From the IMG/VR virus record IMGVR_UViG_3300044911_002384: a stretch of 64,000 nt of DNA; one strand, given 5' to 3'. This document shows, piece by piece, positions 36,749 to 45,772 of the stretch. Source of the stretch: an uncultured virus (IMG/VR IMGVR_UViG_3300044911_002384). Lineage: Duplodnaviria; Heunggongvirae; Uroviricota; Caudoviricetes. Position 1 is the first letter of the stretch. Each line of letters begins with the position of its first letter. Made by a program: the position numbers and the translations under genes. Under the pieces are notes generated by a model. The model was given only the letters and a program-made list of their open reading frames with translations. It was not told where the DNA came from and did not search any database.

Positions 36749-36865
36749 ATTGTATAGTCTAATTTGATTGCTGTCAACAACTTTTTACCTTTTTGGCAAA
36801 GTTGCTATACTTGCAACAAAACTCAACTATGCTTCTATTATATGAGTATTTATATCTTTTGTCAA
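36749..36865 (-). promoter_or_regulatory. Tandem sigma70 promoters of tRNA array
   Basis: TTGACA-N17-TATAAT (36837-36865) and TTGACA-N17-TACAAT (36749-36777). Confidence 0.82.
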
Positions 36866-36915
36866 GAACTAGTCTGAAATGTGGTATTTTTACGACATTA
36901 GTTATTAAATAACAG

Positions 36916-37494
36916 ATGCATAGATTATTACATTACGAAGATTATATTCAGTTAGAATTACCTGTTAATAAAAACGCAATTGATTTGGAATCTTTAAACT
37001 GGATGCCTTATAATCCTAGAAAGAATATAAATCGATTTGGTTGTAGTATTACAAGTTTAGATGGCAATGATTCTGGAATACCAGATCTAGATAGTTTAAC
37101 AGAATATAATCGTTTACACGGCACAAAGTATACTGAAAAAGATTTTTCGAAACCTACAGTTCATGCTACACCATTCTTAGATTTTTTGAATACGTTTACA
37201 GTAGGACGTAGTCATTATTTAAAACTGAATCCTGGAGGGTTTTTTCCTTGGCATAGGGATAATGATCCAACTACTTTTAGAATAATCTACACAATCCAAA
37301 ATTGTTCAAATCATTCAATGATTTGGTTAGAAGACGATAAGATCTTGCCTTTAGAAAATCATTCTTGGTATTATATAAACACTAGAAAAAAACATGCTTT
37401 ATTTTCTTTTGATGGATCTATAATGGCTGTTTTTAATGTAGTGTTTAATACTACAACATATAATTTACTTCAAAACAGTATGATGATAAAGTAA
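36916..37494 (+). CDS. AspH-like 2OG-Fe(II) hydroxylase
   Basis: GRSHYLKLNPGGFFPWHRD, YYINTRKKH. Confidence 0.7.
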   Translation: MHRLLHYEDYIQLELPVNKNAIDLESLNWMPYNPRKNINRFGCSITSLDGNDSGIPDLDSLTEYNRLHGTKYTEKDFSKPTVHATPFLDFLNTFTVGRSHYLKLNPGGFFPWHRDNDPTTFRIIYTIQNCSNHSMIWLEDDKILPLENHSWYYINTRKKHALFSFDGSIMAVFNVVFNTTTYNLLQNSMMIK

Positions 37495-37514
37495 AAGGAC
37501 CCGAAGGTCCTTTT
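37493..37514. terminator. Bidirectional intrinsic terminator
   Basis: AAAAGGACC-cgaa-GGTCCTTTT between convergent genes. Confidence 0.85.
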
Positions 37515-37531
37515 ATTTTTGTAATTACTAA

Positions 37532-37606
37532 TTAACGATTAGCAATATACATGGTGATTTCGAAACCGAAGCGCATATCGGTTGCTGATGGAGTAGTCCA
37601 ATTCAT
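37532..37606 (-). CDS. pqqA: Pyrroloquinoline quinone precursor peptide
   Basis: Not in ORF track; MNWTTPSATDMRFGFEITMYIANR with W-x-x-P...R-x-G-F-E-x-x-x-Y; AAGGA SD. Confidence 0.93.
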   Translation of the reverse strand: MNWTTPSATDMRFGFEITMYIANR

Positions 37607-37716
37607 GTTAATTTCCTTTCTAAGTTAACATACTGCATTAGTATGTATCTGTATTTTACAATGTTTTTACCATAAAGTACATACAGATAATCATTAAAAG
37701 ACTATCAGCTGATTAT

Positions 37717-38025
37717 TTAGGAAATTTTTAATACAGTTAGAAGTGCTTCTTCTTTACTCCAAAACGCCCAATACCATTTACCGTGTGTATCACGGCTTAA
37801 AAATATTGGAGCCATTTTATAACCGGTGTCTACCATTTGATTATGACAAGTATCCCAATTACTCCATGTGATTCCATTTCGTAAATTCGTTTTGACCCTA
37901 TCTGCTGGATTAATAATCAATACAACTTCGGGAGGGTTATCAAAATACCTAGTACGTTGCTGATCAACTTCGTAGTAGGGTATATATTTGTCTAACCAAT
38001 CAAGCCAAGATACTATTTTCATCAA
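37717..38025 (-). CDS. Hypothetical protein
   Basis: 102-aa ORF. Confidence 0.5.
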   Translation of the reverse strand: MMKIVSWLDWLDKYIPYYEVDQQRTRYFDNPPEVVLIINPADRVKTNLRNGITWSNWDTCHNQMVDTGYKMAPIFLSRDTHGKWYWAFWSKEEALLTVLKIS

Positions 38026-38596
38026 AATCCTTGACCAACATTTCCTTAGTCAAAGTATTTACTCTAGTATATTCTTTATAAGAAGGATGATCTGAACCGA
38101 CAGTAAATGCTGTGTTAAGATCACGCAAGTCTGCTATCATTTCTGGTGTTAGTTCGAAACGTAAAAAATGTACTGCGGCGGTTTTAGTATCTGTGCTGCG
38201 ATCCATATCTTCATCAGCAATAGCATACACAGGTTGATGACCTTCTACTTTAACATAGATGCGATCTTCTACACCGTGTAGTTCTTCTAACTTTTGAGTA
38301 CGTACAGTTGGATCGCTGTATTCTATAGTTAGTGTGGCTTTTAAATTTGTACCTGTGGGAATAAGTGGATTGTAAGCGTCTAACTCGTCTTGAATACCTT
38401 CAGAGGTAAATGTTTTTTCGATTAATAACATTTCCTGTATTTGATATTTTACAGTAACACGATCTTCAAAATGAAGAGTCATATGATCGCCTAATTCTAC
38501 TTGGCGATGTTTTCTATGATTAACAGCGTGTCGTTTGAAATCATTTCTAATACGACTGTATTCTTCCAGTGAATGTAAGTCTTTATGTGTAAGCAT
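38000..38596 (-). CDS. DUF3501 family protein
   Basis: YQIQEMLLIEK, ELDAYNPLIP, KTAAVHFLRFEL; adjacent to rubrerythrin. Confidence 0.85.
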   Translation of the reverse strand: MLTHKDLHSLEEYSRIRNDFKRHAVNHRKHRQVELGDHMTLHFEDRVTVKYQIQEMLLIEKTFTSEGIQDELDAYNPLIPTGTNLKATLTIEYSDPTVRTQKLEELHGVEDRIYVKVEGHQPVYAIADEDMDRSTDTKTAAVHFLRFELTPEMIADLRDLNTAFTVGSDHPSYKEYTRVNTLTKEMLVKDFDENSILA

Positions 38597-38645
38597 GATG
38601 TACCTTTGAAAAAAGGGGACTAGGTCCCCTATTAAGTGCTACAAA

Positions 38646-39083
38646 TTAAACGTTGTCTGCTTTGTAAGCATCAAGTGTCTTCTGAAACTTGCCAGCATGG
38701 CTACGCTCTGCCTTAGCAAGAGTGTCGAACCAATCAGCAATTTCATCAAAACCTTCTTCACGAGCATCACGAGCCATGCCAGGGTACATGTCAGTGTACT
38801 CATGTGTTTCGCCATGAATAGCACTTTCAAGAGCCTGCACAATGTTCTTAGCTGGTAGACCGGTTTCTGGATCACCGCTACCGCCATCAATCAAATATTC
38901 CATGTGACCATGTGCGTGACCTGTTTCACCTTCTGCGGTATGACGGAAGATGTTAGCAACATCAGTTGCTCCGGCGATGTCAGCCATGTTCGCGAAATAC
39001 AAGTAACGACGATTTGCTTTTGATTCGCCTGCGAACGCATCCTTCAAATGCTGTTCTGTTTTGGTTCCTACTAATTTTGCCAT
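38646..39083 (-). CDS. rbr: Rubrerythrin (short, no rubredoxin domain)
   Basis: [43 protein letters not shown]. Confidence 0.93.
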   Translation of the reverse strand: MAKLVGTKTEQHLKDAFAGESKANRRYLYFANMADIAGATDVANIFRHTAEGETGHAHGHMEYLIDGGSGDPETGLPAKNIVQALESAIHGETHEYTDMYPGMARDAREEGFDEIADWFDTLAKAERSHAGKFQKTLDAYKADNV

Positions 39084-39185
39084 TTTAAGTCTCCTTGTGT
39101 GTAAAAAATGGTACAGCAGTTTAAAACTGTCTTAATATTATATGTTTATTTAATCTATAAATCAAGCGATTTCAATAGATTTCTT

Positions 39186-39222
39186 ATGGTATTTTTCTAT
39201 AGAGACAATAGATAAAATTAAA
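39186..39222. promoter_or_regulatory. OxyR-like binding site upstream of rubrerythrin
   Basis: ATGG-N7-CTAT-N7-ATAG-N7-TAAA versus consensus ATAG-N7-CTAT-N7-ATAG-N7-CTAT. Confidence 0.45.
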
Positions 39223-39241
39223 GGACCGAAAGGTCCTTTAA

Positions 39242-39865
39242 TTAATTGGCTAGCGGATTGTCTAAGGCTTTTTTGATCTTATCATCGATTTCTCGACGAA
39301 GTTGTTTGATTTCTTGCTGTGTTTCTTTTTGGTTACGTGTAAGTTCTTGATTAATTTCTTTAATAGTTTGATCGCTGTAACGACGTATGTCTTTAATAGC
39401 ATTGTCACTTTCTTTACGTATTTCTTTTACAGCCGAATCTACTTCTTTTTTTGTACTGTTTACTGTTTGGTCAGCATCACGTAGTCCACTTTTGCTACTA
39501 CGCTCCACATTCTCTACCACAGTTTCTAAACGACGTATATCATTTTTTAAATCATTTTTGATATCTTGTGTATATTCTGTGCTCTTGTTTACGCTAGCTT
39601 CAATGACTTCTAATTTCTTTTCTAGTTCACTGAGATCAGGTGCTACATAGTTTGCTATTTTATCTTTCATATCCATATAGTCTTTATAAACTTCGAATGC
39701 TCCATAAAGACCACCTAGTATGGTACTAACAATAGTGCCGGCTATCATTAATTTAGCAGGAGTAAATTCATAACCACCAATACTGATAACAGTGTTAGCA
39801 CTGGCATACTTTTCTGCTGCTTCTTCTAATTTGTCTACTTGTTCGTCTATATTTTTATTTGACAT
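39242..39865 (-). CDS. Membrane-anchored coiled-coil protein
   Basis: One TM segment then long heptad-rich region; ends KALDNPLAN. Confidence 0.65.
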   Translation of the reverse strand: MSNKNIDEQVDKLEEAAEKYASANTVISIGGYEFTPAKLMIAGTIVSTILGGLYGAFEVYKDYMDMKDKIANYVAPDLSELEKKLEVIEASVNKSTEYTQDIKNDLKNDIRRLETVVENVERSSKSGLRDADQTVNSTKKEVDSAVKEIRKESDNAIKDIRRYSDQTIKEINQELTRNQKETQQEIKQLRREIDDKIKKALDNPLAN

Positions 39866-40061
39866 TTTGTTTCTTTACGAATTTTTCTCTAGAGAAAAAT
39901 TCATAACGCCTCCTTATTTTTTAGTAATGAATGGAATCATATTGATGTATTTTTGTAAGTTTTTTTCTTGAAAACTTTTTGCCCAACTTGGTTGCGGTAA
40001 GTTCCAACCTACAAATGCTCCGACTACGATCCAAAATAATGTTTCTAACATAGTGGTCCCC

Positions 40062-41684
40062 TTATCTTAAGTTATATTGTTGCTCTATCATCATTTGATG
40101 TAGAACATCGCTTTTGCCGTTTAAAAAACGCTCGGCTCTTGCGTTATCTACTGTACGCTGACCTTTATATATTTCTTTAGGTGCGTAAAACTGTCCATCT
40201 CTCATACTATTCATATATGTTTCAAACCCTGCTGGTGTCTGTGCTATTGATGCTATATCTACGTTGCCAGCTGCTGTGTTTGGTTGTACATTTTTATTTA
40301 CTGAACTAGTAGCATTTTCTTTAGTAGCAGTTTCAGGTAGTCTGGGTTGCATGATATTTTGTAAATTACTCATTGGTCCAAATGTAGATAATCCTTGCCC
40401 AGTAGAATCTTCATTACGTGTCTGTGCTGTTTCTTGATTAGGTCTACTAGTGTTAGTAGTTATAGATAATGCACTGTTAACTGTTATACTTAAAGCTATG
40501 TTTTGACTTTGTTCTTGTGTACGACTAACTAAATCTCCTACTAAAGCATCCTGACCGACACGATTTTGTAGGGCAGTAGTTTCATTACGTTGTAGTACAT
40601 CCCTAACTATGTTCTGTTCTCTTTCTGCGTTTCGTCTTATGGTGTTTAATGCTATGCTTAAAGCCATTGGGTTAACTTCACGTTTTTCACGTTCCTGCGT
40701 TTGACTTTGATTATTAGCTGCCACTACTGCTTCTTTACTCACAGTAGGCACACCGTCAGGAGCACTAATAGAGCCTGTAGTAGTCATTTCAACACCGCCA
40801 GCATTTTGTACTGTAGGGTCAGTACGTGTGCTATCAGGTGTTAATGTTACACTAGTATATCCAGAAGAGGAGTTATAGTTTACTGTAGGTGTGCTTGTTG
40901 AAGTACTAGGACTTAATGATGCTACAAAAGCAGCACCGTATCCTGGGCAGGCAGGACTGTAGAGAGGATTTCCTACACAAGGATCTAGTTTATAATTTAA
41001 ACTAAGATTAAAATTCATAAATTCTGGACCATAATATCCTGCCCAGAACCCTGAGTCTTTGGCGGTTACTGCCAGTTGAATATTACCTAATGCTGCTAGA
41101 GAATATGGTGTATCGTAGTTTCTTGTACCAGAGAATGTGGTCCAACTTGGAATATGATAGCCATAATTGTATCTGTCATTAACTAATAATGAACCTGTAT
41201 TACTATAAAGATTAACATCAACGTAGGTGATAGGATCAAACCCGCCTGGTTGCTGTCCGTTAATGTTAGAATTTTTTACACTCCAAGAATAATTATAGCC
41301 ATTAATTTGTAAACCTGTGCCAGCATTGGCCAATGCTTGATTAATGGCTATAGTCTGACTTAGAGTATATTGGCCATAACTAAAAATAATTTGTCCAGTA
41401 CTGGAATCGTAGCCTGGACAAGGACCACCTGATGTTCCTCCCCAGAAAGATCCACTCTGGTTGGTATAACAGCCGGACCAAGCATTTCCAGTATTACCTA
41501 CTAAATTATTAGTAGTATAGACCTGTGAAGGATCTAATTCCTGAGCGTTAGAACAAACTGAAAAGAAGGATGCCAAGTAAAGCACCCCAACCAGTTTTCT
41601 TATAGAAATCATCACTCTTTGGTTCCTCGTATTTTGGCCACTTGTTGGTATTTTCGTTCCATGCCACGCGAGCCTGCTCGCCAA
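40062..41684 (-). CDS. Large exported protein (start probably downstream of 41684)
   Basis: Signal-like segment, beta-rich domain, CVGNPLYSPACPGY, S/T/Q-rich C terminus. Confidence 0.6.
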   Translation of the reverse strand: MASRLAWHGTKIPTSGQNTRNQRVMISIRKLVGVLYLASFFSVCSNAQELDPSQVYTTNNLVGNTGNAWSGCYTNQSGSFWGGTSGGPCPGYDSSTGQIIFSYGQYTLSQTIAINQALANAGTGLQINGYNYSWSVKNSNINGQQPGGFDPITYVDVNLYSNTGSLLVNDRYNYGYHIPSWTTFSGTRNYDTPYSLAALGNIQLAVTAKDSGFWAGYYGPEFMNFNLSLNYKLDPCVGNPLYSPACPGYGAAFVASLSPSTSTSTPTVNYNSSSGYTSVTLTPDSTRTDPTVQNAGGVEMTTTGSISAPDGVPTVSKEAVVAANNQSQTQEREKREVNPMALSIALNTIRRNAEREQNIVRDVLQRNETTALQNRVGQDALVGDLVSRTQEQSQNIALSITVNSALSITTNTSRPNQETAQTRNEDSTGQGLSTFGPMSNLQNIMQPRLPETATKENATSSVNKNVQPNTAAGNVDIASIAQTPAGFETYMNSMRDGQFYAPKEIYKGQRTVDNARAERFLNGKSDVLHQMMIEQQYNLR

Positions 41685-42435
41685 TTACACCCTCGTAAGG
41701 ACAAGGTGTACCAGCATTCCACATAGCATCAAAAACTCTACGATCTTGACACATAATAGACACCGCAGCAACTTTCATTCCCATATCATAAAGTGTCTTG
41801 GCATTCTTTAATCTTTCGCAATTCATATCACGTATTGTACCTCCACTACTGATACCTAGTATCTGTGTTTGTACAGCACCACTAGTTCCTGTAGTACATA
41901 AGTCATTATTACCGCCACTCATCATTGCCGGAGCAATAGCAGTCGGCGGAGGTTGTATAACTTTCTGTGTTATATTACTGTCATTAATATTTCTATTGGT
42001 CATATCACCAGTATTAATATTATTATTTGTATTTGTATTATTCAACCCGCCACTTTGTATATTACGATTAGTCATATCACCGGTATTGATATTTCTGTTA
42101 GTCATATCACCGGTGTTCACGTTATTATTTGTATTGGTACTAGTACTAGTAGATGTGTTTACGTTGTTATTATTAAAAGTCTGTGTACCACTGTTTATAT
42201 TATAATTTGTATTAGTGCTTGTACTGGTATTATTATTGTTATTCGTGTTTGTGCTAGTGCTGTTCACATCTGTGGTGTTTACATTCGTACTGGTACTGGT
42301 GCTTGTGCTGTTACTGTTAACCGTGCTGGTGCTTGTACTAGTGCTATTTGTATCTACTAATGTGCTACTATCATATGTTTGGGCATAGACATTTGAAATT
42401 AACGCCCACATTATTATTGTTATATACTTCTTCAT
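41548..42435 (-). CDS. Exported protein with N/T/S low-complexity repeats
   Basis: Signal peptide; NTGDMTNRNI x3; Cys-containing C domain; C-terminal TM. Confidence 0.65.
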   Translation of the reverse strand: MKKYITIIMWALISNVYAQTYDSSTLVDTNSTSTSTSTVNSNSTSTSTSTNVNTTDVNSTSTNTNNNNNTSTSTNTNYNINSGTQTFNNNNVNTSTSTSTNTNNNVNTGDMTNRNINTGDMTNRNIQSGGLNNTNTNNNINTGDMTNRNINDSNITQKVIQPPPTAIAPAMMSGGNNDLCTTGTSGAVQTQILGISSGGTIRDMNCERLKNAKTLYDMGMKVAAVSIMCQDRRVFDAMWNAGTPCPYEGVIGEQARVAWNENTNKWPKYEEPKSDDFYKKTGWGALLGILLFSLF

Positions 42436-42504
42436 AGTTGATTCGCTCCCAACTTATTTTATTTAAGGAGTTATGAACAAGAATAGTGTGAGTGTTTAAT
42501 CAAT

Positions 42505-42529
42505 AAAAAAGGACCTATAGGTCCTTTTT
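42505..42529. terminator. Intrinsic terminator
   Basis: AAAAAGGACC-tata-GGTCCTTTTT. Confidence 0.75.
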
Positions 42530-42574
42530 ATTACGGGTTACGAGTTCCCGCAGCACTCTATAAGTGTGCTCGAT

Positions 42575-43978
42575 TTAAAAACTAAGTTGGCTTCTAAACA
42601 TTACAGCACGGTCACCGTTTACACGACTACCTGAACTGCCTACCAGACTGTCAAACTTTGTGTCTACATAATTTAACATAAAACGTAGATTATCTGTACA
42701 GAACCAAGTGATACCGTAAGTCATTGCAGTAGCACGATTAGATTTGCCTGTTGCTACTGATATGTCGCTGGCATCAAACTCACTCATACGCACACCCACT
42801 TGCCAAGCACCACGACCACCTTTGTCAACGGGATTGTTTGGTTTGATCCAACCAAATGCGCCATCTTTATAAGCGTGTGATTCTCCTGTTAGGTTGTACA
42901 CAGCTTGAACATAGTATCCATTTATTTTCTGATCGTTGCCTGTTGCTGGATCATAATTGAATTGGAACTGTTCGCCCTGTACCTTAAAAGCATTATAAGC
43001 AAATGCAGCTTCGAGTCCCTGTCGTGTTCTTGTAGTCGCATCGCTAAGGGCGGACCCGGTGAACCATGCTGACTGCATACGTGACTCTGTTCTGCCACTT
43101 ACTGGAATAACACCACTTTTAATTTCGCCTGTACTGTAAGCAGCACCTAAGTGTGCTGTATATGCTTTGCTTCCGGTTAGTTCAGCAATGTTTGTGGTTA
43201 TACGACCAATGTAATCAAAGCCATCAAACTCGGCACTCTTATTACTCTTGCCTCTGCTTAATGCTAGAGCGTATGTTAATCCAGGTTTAGGAATACCGTG
43301 TAGCATGAATCCGGTTTCTTTAGCAGGAATTAATTCGCTATCGTTTTGACCAATCAAACTACGCTCCATAAAATCTAGATTGTTTGAACTAGTCATTTGT
43401 TCTAAACTGAAAGGCATTTTAAACAAACCAAATTGAAATTGCATTTCAGGATTAGCAGCCCAGTTAACCCACATTTCATCTGCTGTACTTGATGTGGAAC
43501 TAAAACCATCGCTTGCACCAAAGTTTGCTAACAATTGATATTTGAAATCTTTGGCAAACTGTCCTCTTATTCCAAATCTGGCTCGTCGTGCTTCAGCGGT
43601 GTTTTGATACGAATCCGTGGTTTGACCTGTACCGTAATCCGGGGAGTACTGACGATAGTCCATATGTAGTCTACCTGTAAGTTGGACGGTATTGTTGCCA
43701 TCTTTACTTTTAAGTCCGATTCCGTTTTCAGTGACTGACCCATCATTAGCCTTTGTAAATCTTGAATTGTTGTTATCACGCAAATCTTTATCAATACGAG
43801 CAGCATTAAACTGTTTGTTCTCTAAACGCTCTGCGTGTGCTTCAATTTTTGTGTTGTACTCTTGTTGAGTAATAATACCTTTTTGTAGTAGAATATCAAG
43901 TGTGTCTTTATATTCATCTGCAACAGCCGGTGCTGCAAAGCACAAGGCCATAGCAGCTATGATCGTAATTTTTTTCAT
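42575..43978 (-). CDS. Phosphate-selective porin (OprO/OprP family)
   Basis: Signal peptide, RRARFG, GLFKMPFSLEQMTSSN..FMERS, C-terminal Phe; downstream of pstS. Confidence 0.88.
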   Translation of the reverse strand: MKKITIIAAMALCFAAPAVADEYKDTLDILLQKGIITQQEYNTKIEAHAERLENKQFNAARIDKDLRDNNNSRFTKANDGSVTENGIGLKSKDGNNTVQLTGRLHMDYRQYSPDYGTGQTTDSYQNTAEARRARFGIRGQFAKDFKYQLLANFGASDGFSSTSSTADEMWVNWAANPEMQFQFGLFKMPFSLEQMTSSNNLDFMERSLIGQNDSELIPAKETGFMLHGIPKPGLTYALALSRGKSNKSAEFDGFDYIGRITTNIAELTGSKAYTAHLGAAYSTGEIKSGVIPVSGRTESRMQSAWFTGSALSDATTRTRQGLEAAFAYNAFKVQGEQFQFNYDPATGNDQKINGYYVQAVYNLTGESHAYKDGAFGWIKPNNPVDKGGRGAWQVGVRMSEFDASDISVATGKSNRATAMTYGITWFCTDNLRFMLNYVDTKFDSLVGSSGSRVNGDRAVMFRSQLSF

Positions 43979-43987
43979 GTCTATCCC

Positions 43988-45013
43988 TTATTTCCAAATT
44001 GGATTGTTGTCCGGACCTTTAAGATCCCGTTTCCAGTTATCCTGTACTAATTTGATAACTGACTGCGGCAAGTGAACATATTCTAAATCTTCACTCATCT
44101 TGGCACCGTTCTTGTAACTCCAATCAAAGAATTTAAGAACTGCACGACCCGTTAATGCGTCAGCTTGTTGCTTGTGCATAAGGATAAAACTAGCACCAGT
44201 GATAGGCCAAGCATCCTTACCTTTTTGATCTGTAAGCAACAAATACATGCCTGGAGCACTGTTCCAGTCTGCGTTGGCTGCTGCGGCCTTGAATGTGTCA
44301 TCGCTAGGCTGTACAAAGTTACCATCACGATTTTTGACTTGTGCGTGTGGAATCTTGTTGCGTTTAGCATAGGCATATTCTACATAACCGATACTATTTT
44401 TTAACTGTTGAACTACAGCACTTACACCTTCATTGCCTTTACCGCCTACACCTACCGGCCATTTAACTGCTGTACCATCCTTAACTTTATCTGCCCATTC
44501 TGGATTAGTTTTGCTTAACCAGTTAGTCCATATAAAGGTTGTGCCTGAACCATCACTGCGGTGAACCACAGAGATATTTGCGTTAGGTAATTTAAGTCCT
44601 GGATTAATTGCTGTGATACTAGGATGATCCCACTTGGTAATCTTGCCCATATAGATATCAGCAATAACGTCCGAAGTAAGTCTAAGTTGTCCAGCAGCAA
44701 CACCATCGATGTTAACGATTGGCACAACACCGCCTATAATAGCAGGAAATTGCATTAGACCTTCTTTGTCTAATTCATCTTGTTTTAGTGGCATGTCACT
44801 AGCACCAAAGTCTACAATCTTAGCTTTGATTTGACGGATACCACCGCCAGAGCCAATTGATTGATAATTTAAACCAATACCAGTCGCGGCTTTGTATGCT
44901 TCGGCCCATTTACTGTAGATTGGATATGGAAATGTAGCACCTGCTCCGGTTAAATCTGCTGCGGATGCTAGAGAGGATACTGCTAATAAAACTGTTGCGA
45001 TAAGATTTCGCAT
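43988..45013 (-). CDS. pstS: Phosphate ABC transporter binding protein
   Basis: GAGATFPYP, YQSIGSGGGI, DFGASD, HRSDGSGTT, GKGNEGV. Confidence 0.97.
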   Translation of the reverse strand: MRNLIATVLLAVSSLASAADLTGAGATFPYPIYSKWAEAYKAATGIGLNYQSIGSGGGIRQIKAKIVDFGASDMPLKQDELDKEGLMQFPAIIGGVVPIVNIDGVAAGQLRLTSDVIADIYMGKITKWDHPSITAINPGLKLPNANISVVHRSDGSGTTFIWTNWLSKTNPEWADKVKDGTAVKWPVGVGGKGNEGVSAVVQQLKNSIGYVEYAYAKRNKIPHAQVKNRDGNFVQPSDDTFKAAAANADWNSAPGMYLLLTDQKGKDAWPITGASFILMHKQQADALTGRAVLKFFDWSYKNGAKMSEDLEYVHLPQSVIKLVQDNWKRDLKGPDNNPIWK

Positions 45014-45075
45014 TGTGTGTCTCCTATTTGATTATGTAGAAATCTTTTTCTACACATCTATTTAAACACACAAAG

Positions 45076-45093
45076 ATTACAAGCGTATTACAA
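45076..45093 (-). promoter_or_regulatory. Pho-box-like direct repeat
   Basis: TTGTAAT-ACGC-TTGTAAT (11-bp period) ~60 nt upstream of pstS. Confidence 0.6.
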
Positions 45094-45095
45094 AC

Positions 45096-45743
45096 TTAAT
45101 TATTTTCCATCAATTGGTTAACAAAGTCTAATAGTAGTTTATGATGAGCACCTCTATGCCAATGACGAGGCATCCAAGAATAGTCATCATACCAATGTCG
45201 TTCACTTTCTGGATGACACCCTATTAGACCTATGTTGTTTTGAATTATGGCCATAGGATCGCCATTAGCGTAAGTGGCAATAGTTTTAAATTTTGAGCGA
45301 TCTCCTACAATAGCACAACCATCGTAGAAAAACATTTTATGAGGTTTGCGTTGCCATTTAACATCGATAGCTTTAGCGTGTGGACGTTTTGTATCTGTAC
45401 TAGGACGTTTGATATATTGTACAGCGCGAGCACCTTCTAATAAATTGAAGTAATCTTGATCAGCCCAATACGCTCCCATACAGATACCAAGATATTTTCC
45501 TCCACGTTGTACGAATCTTCTGATTTGTTTTACATGATGTTGTAGTAAGTAATCATAGCTATCGCTGTCTCCGAATCCTCCAGGAAAAGCCACAATGTCT
45601 ACGTCTTTAAAAAACCCTCGTTCTATTTCATGTTTTGTGAATATTTTAAAATCGTAGTGTGAACTTAAAGCGGTTATTATACCGTTACCGCTTTGGATGC
45701 TGGCTTTAGGTTGATGTAGAAATAATGCTATTTTTGGTTTCAT
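45096..45743 (-). CDS. Class I glutamine amidotransferase-like (BPL-N) protein
   Basis: FPGG, YLGICMGAY, GCHPE. Confidence 0.8.
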   Translation of the reverse strand: MKPKIALFLHQPKASIQSGNGIITALSSHYDFKIFTKHEIERGFFKDVDIVAFPGGFGDSDSYDYLLQHHVKQIRRFVQRGGKYLGICMGAYWADQDYFNLLEGARAVQYIKRPSTDTKRPHAKAIDVKWQRKPHKMFFYDGCAIVGDRSKFKTIATYANGDPMAIIQNNIGLIGCHPESERHWYDDYSWMPRHWHRGAHHKLLLDFVNQLMENN

Positions 45744-45772
45744 TTAGTTATATTAGCATATAACTATATTTA

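Noticed and set aside
41990..42350. DNA tandem repeats as a non-coding repeat array
   Set aside because: In-frame and codon-degenerate; explained by the N/T/S protein repeat
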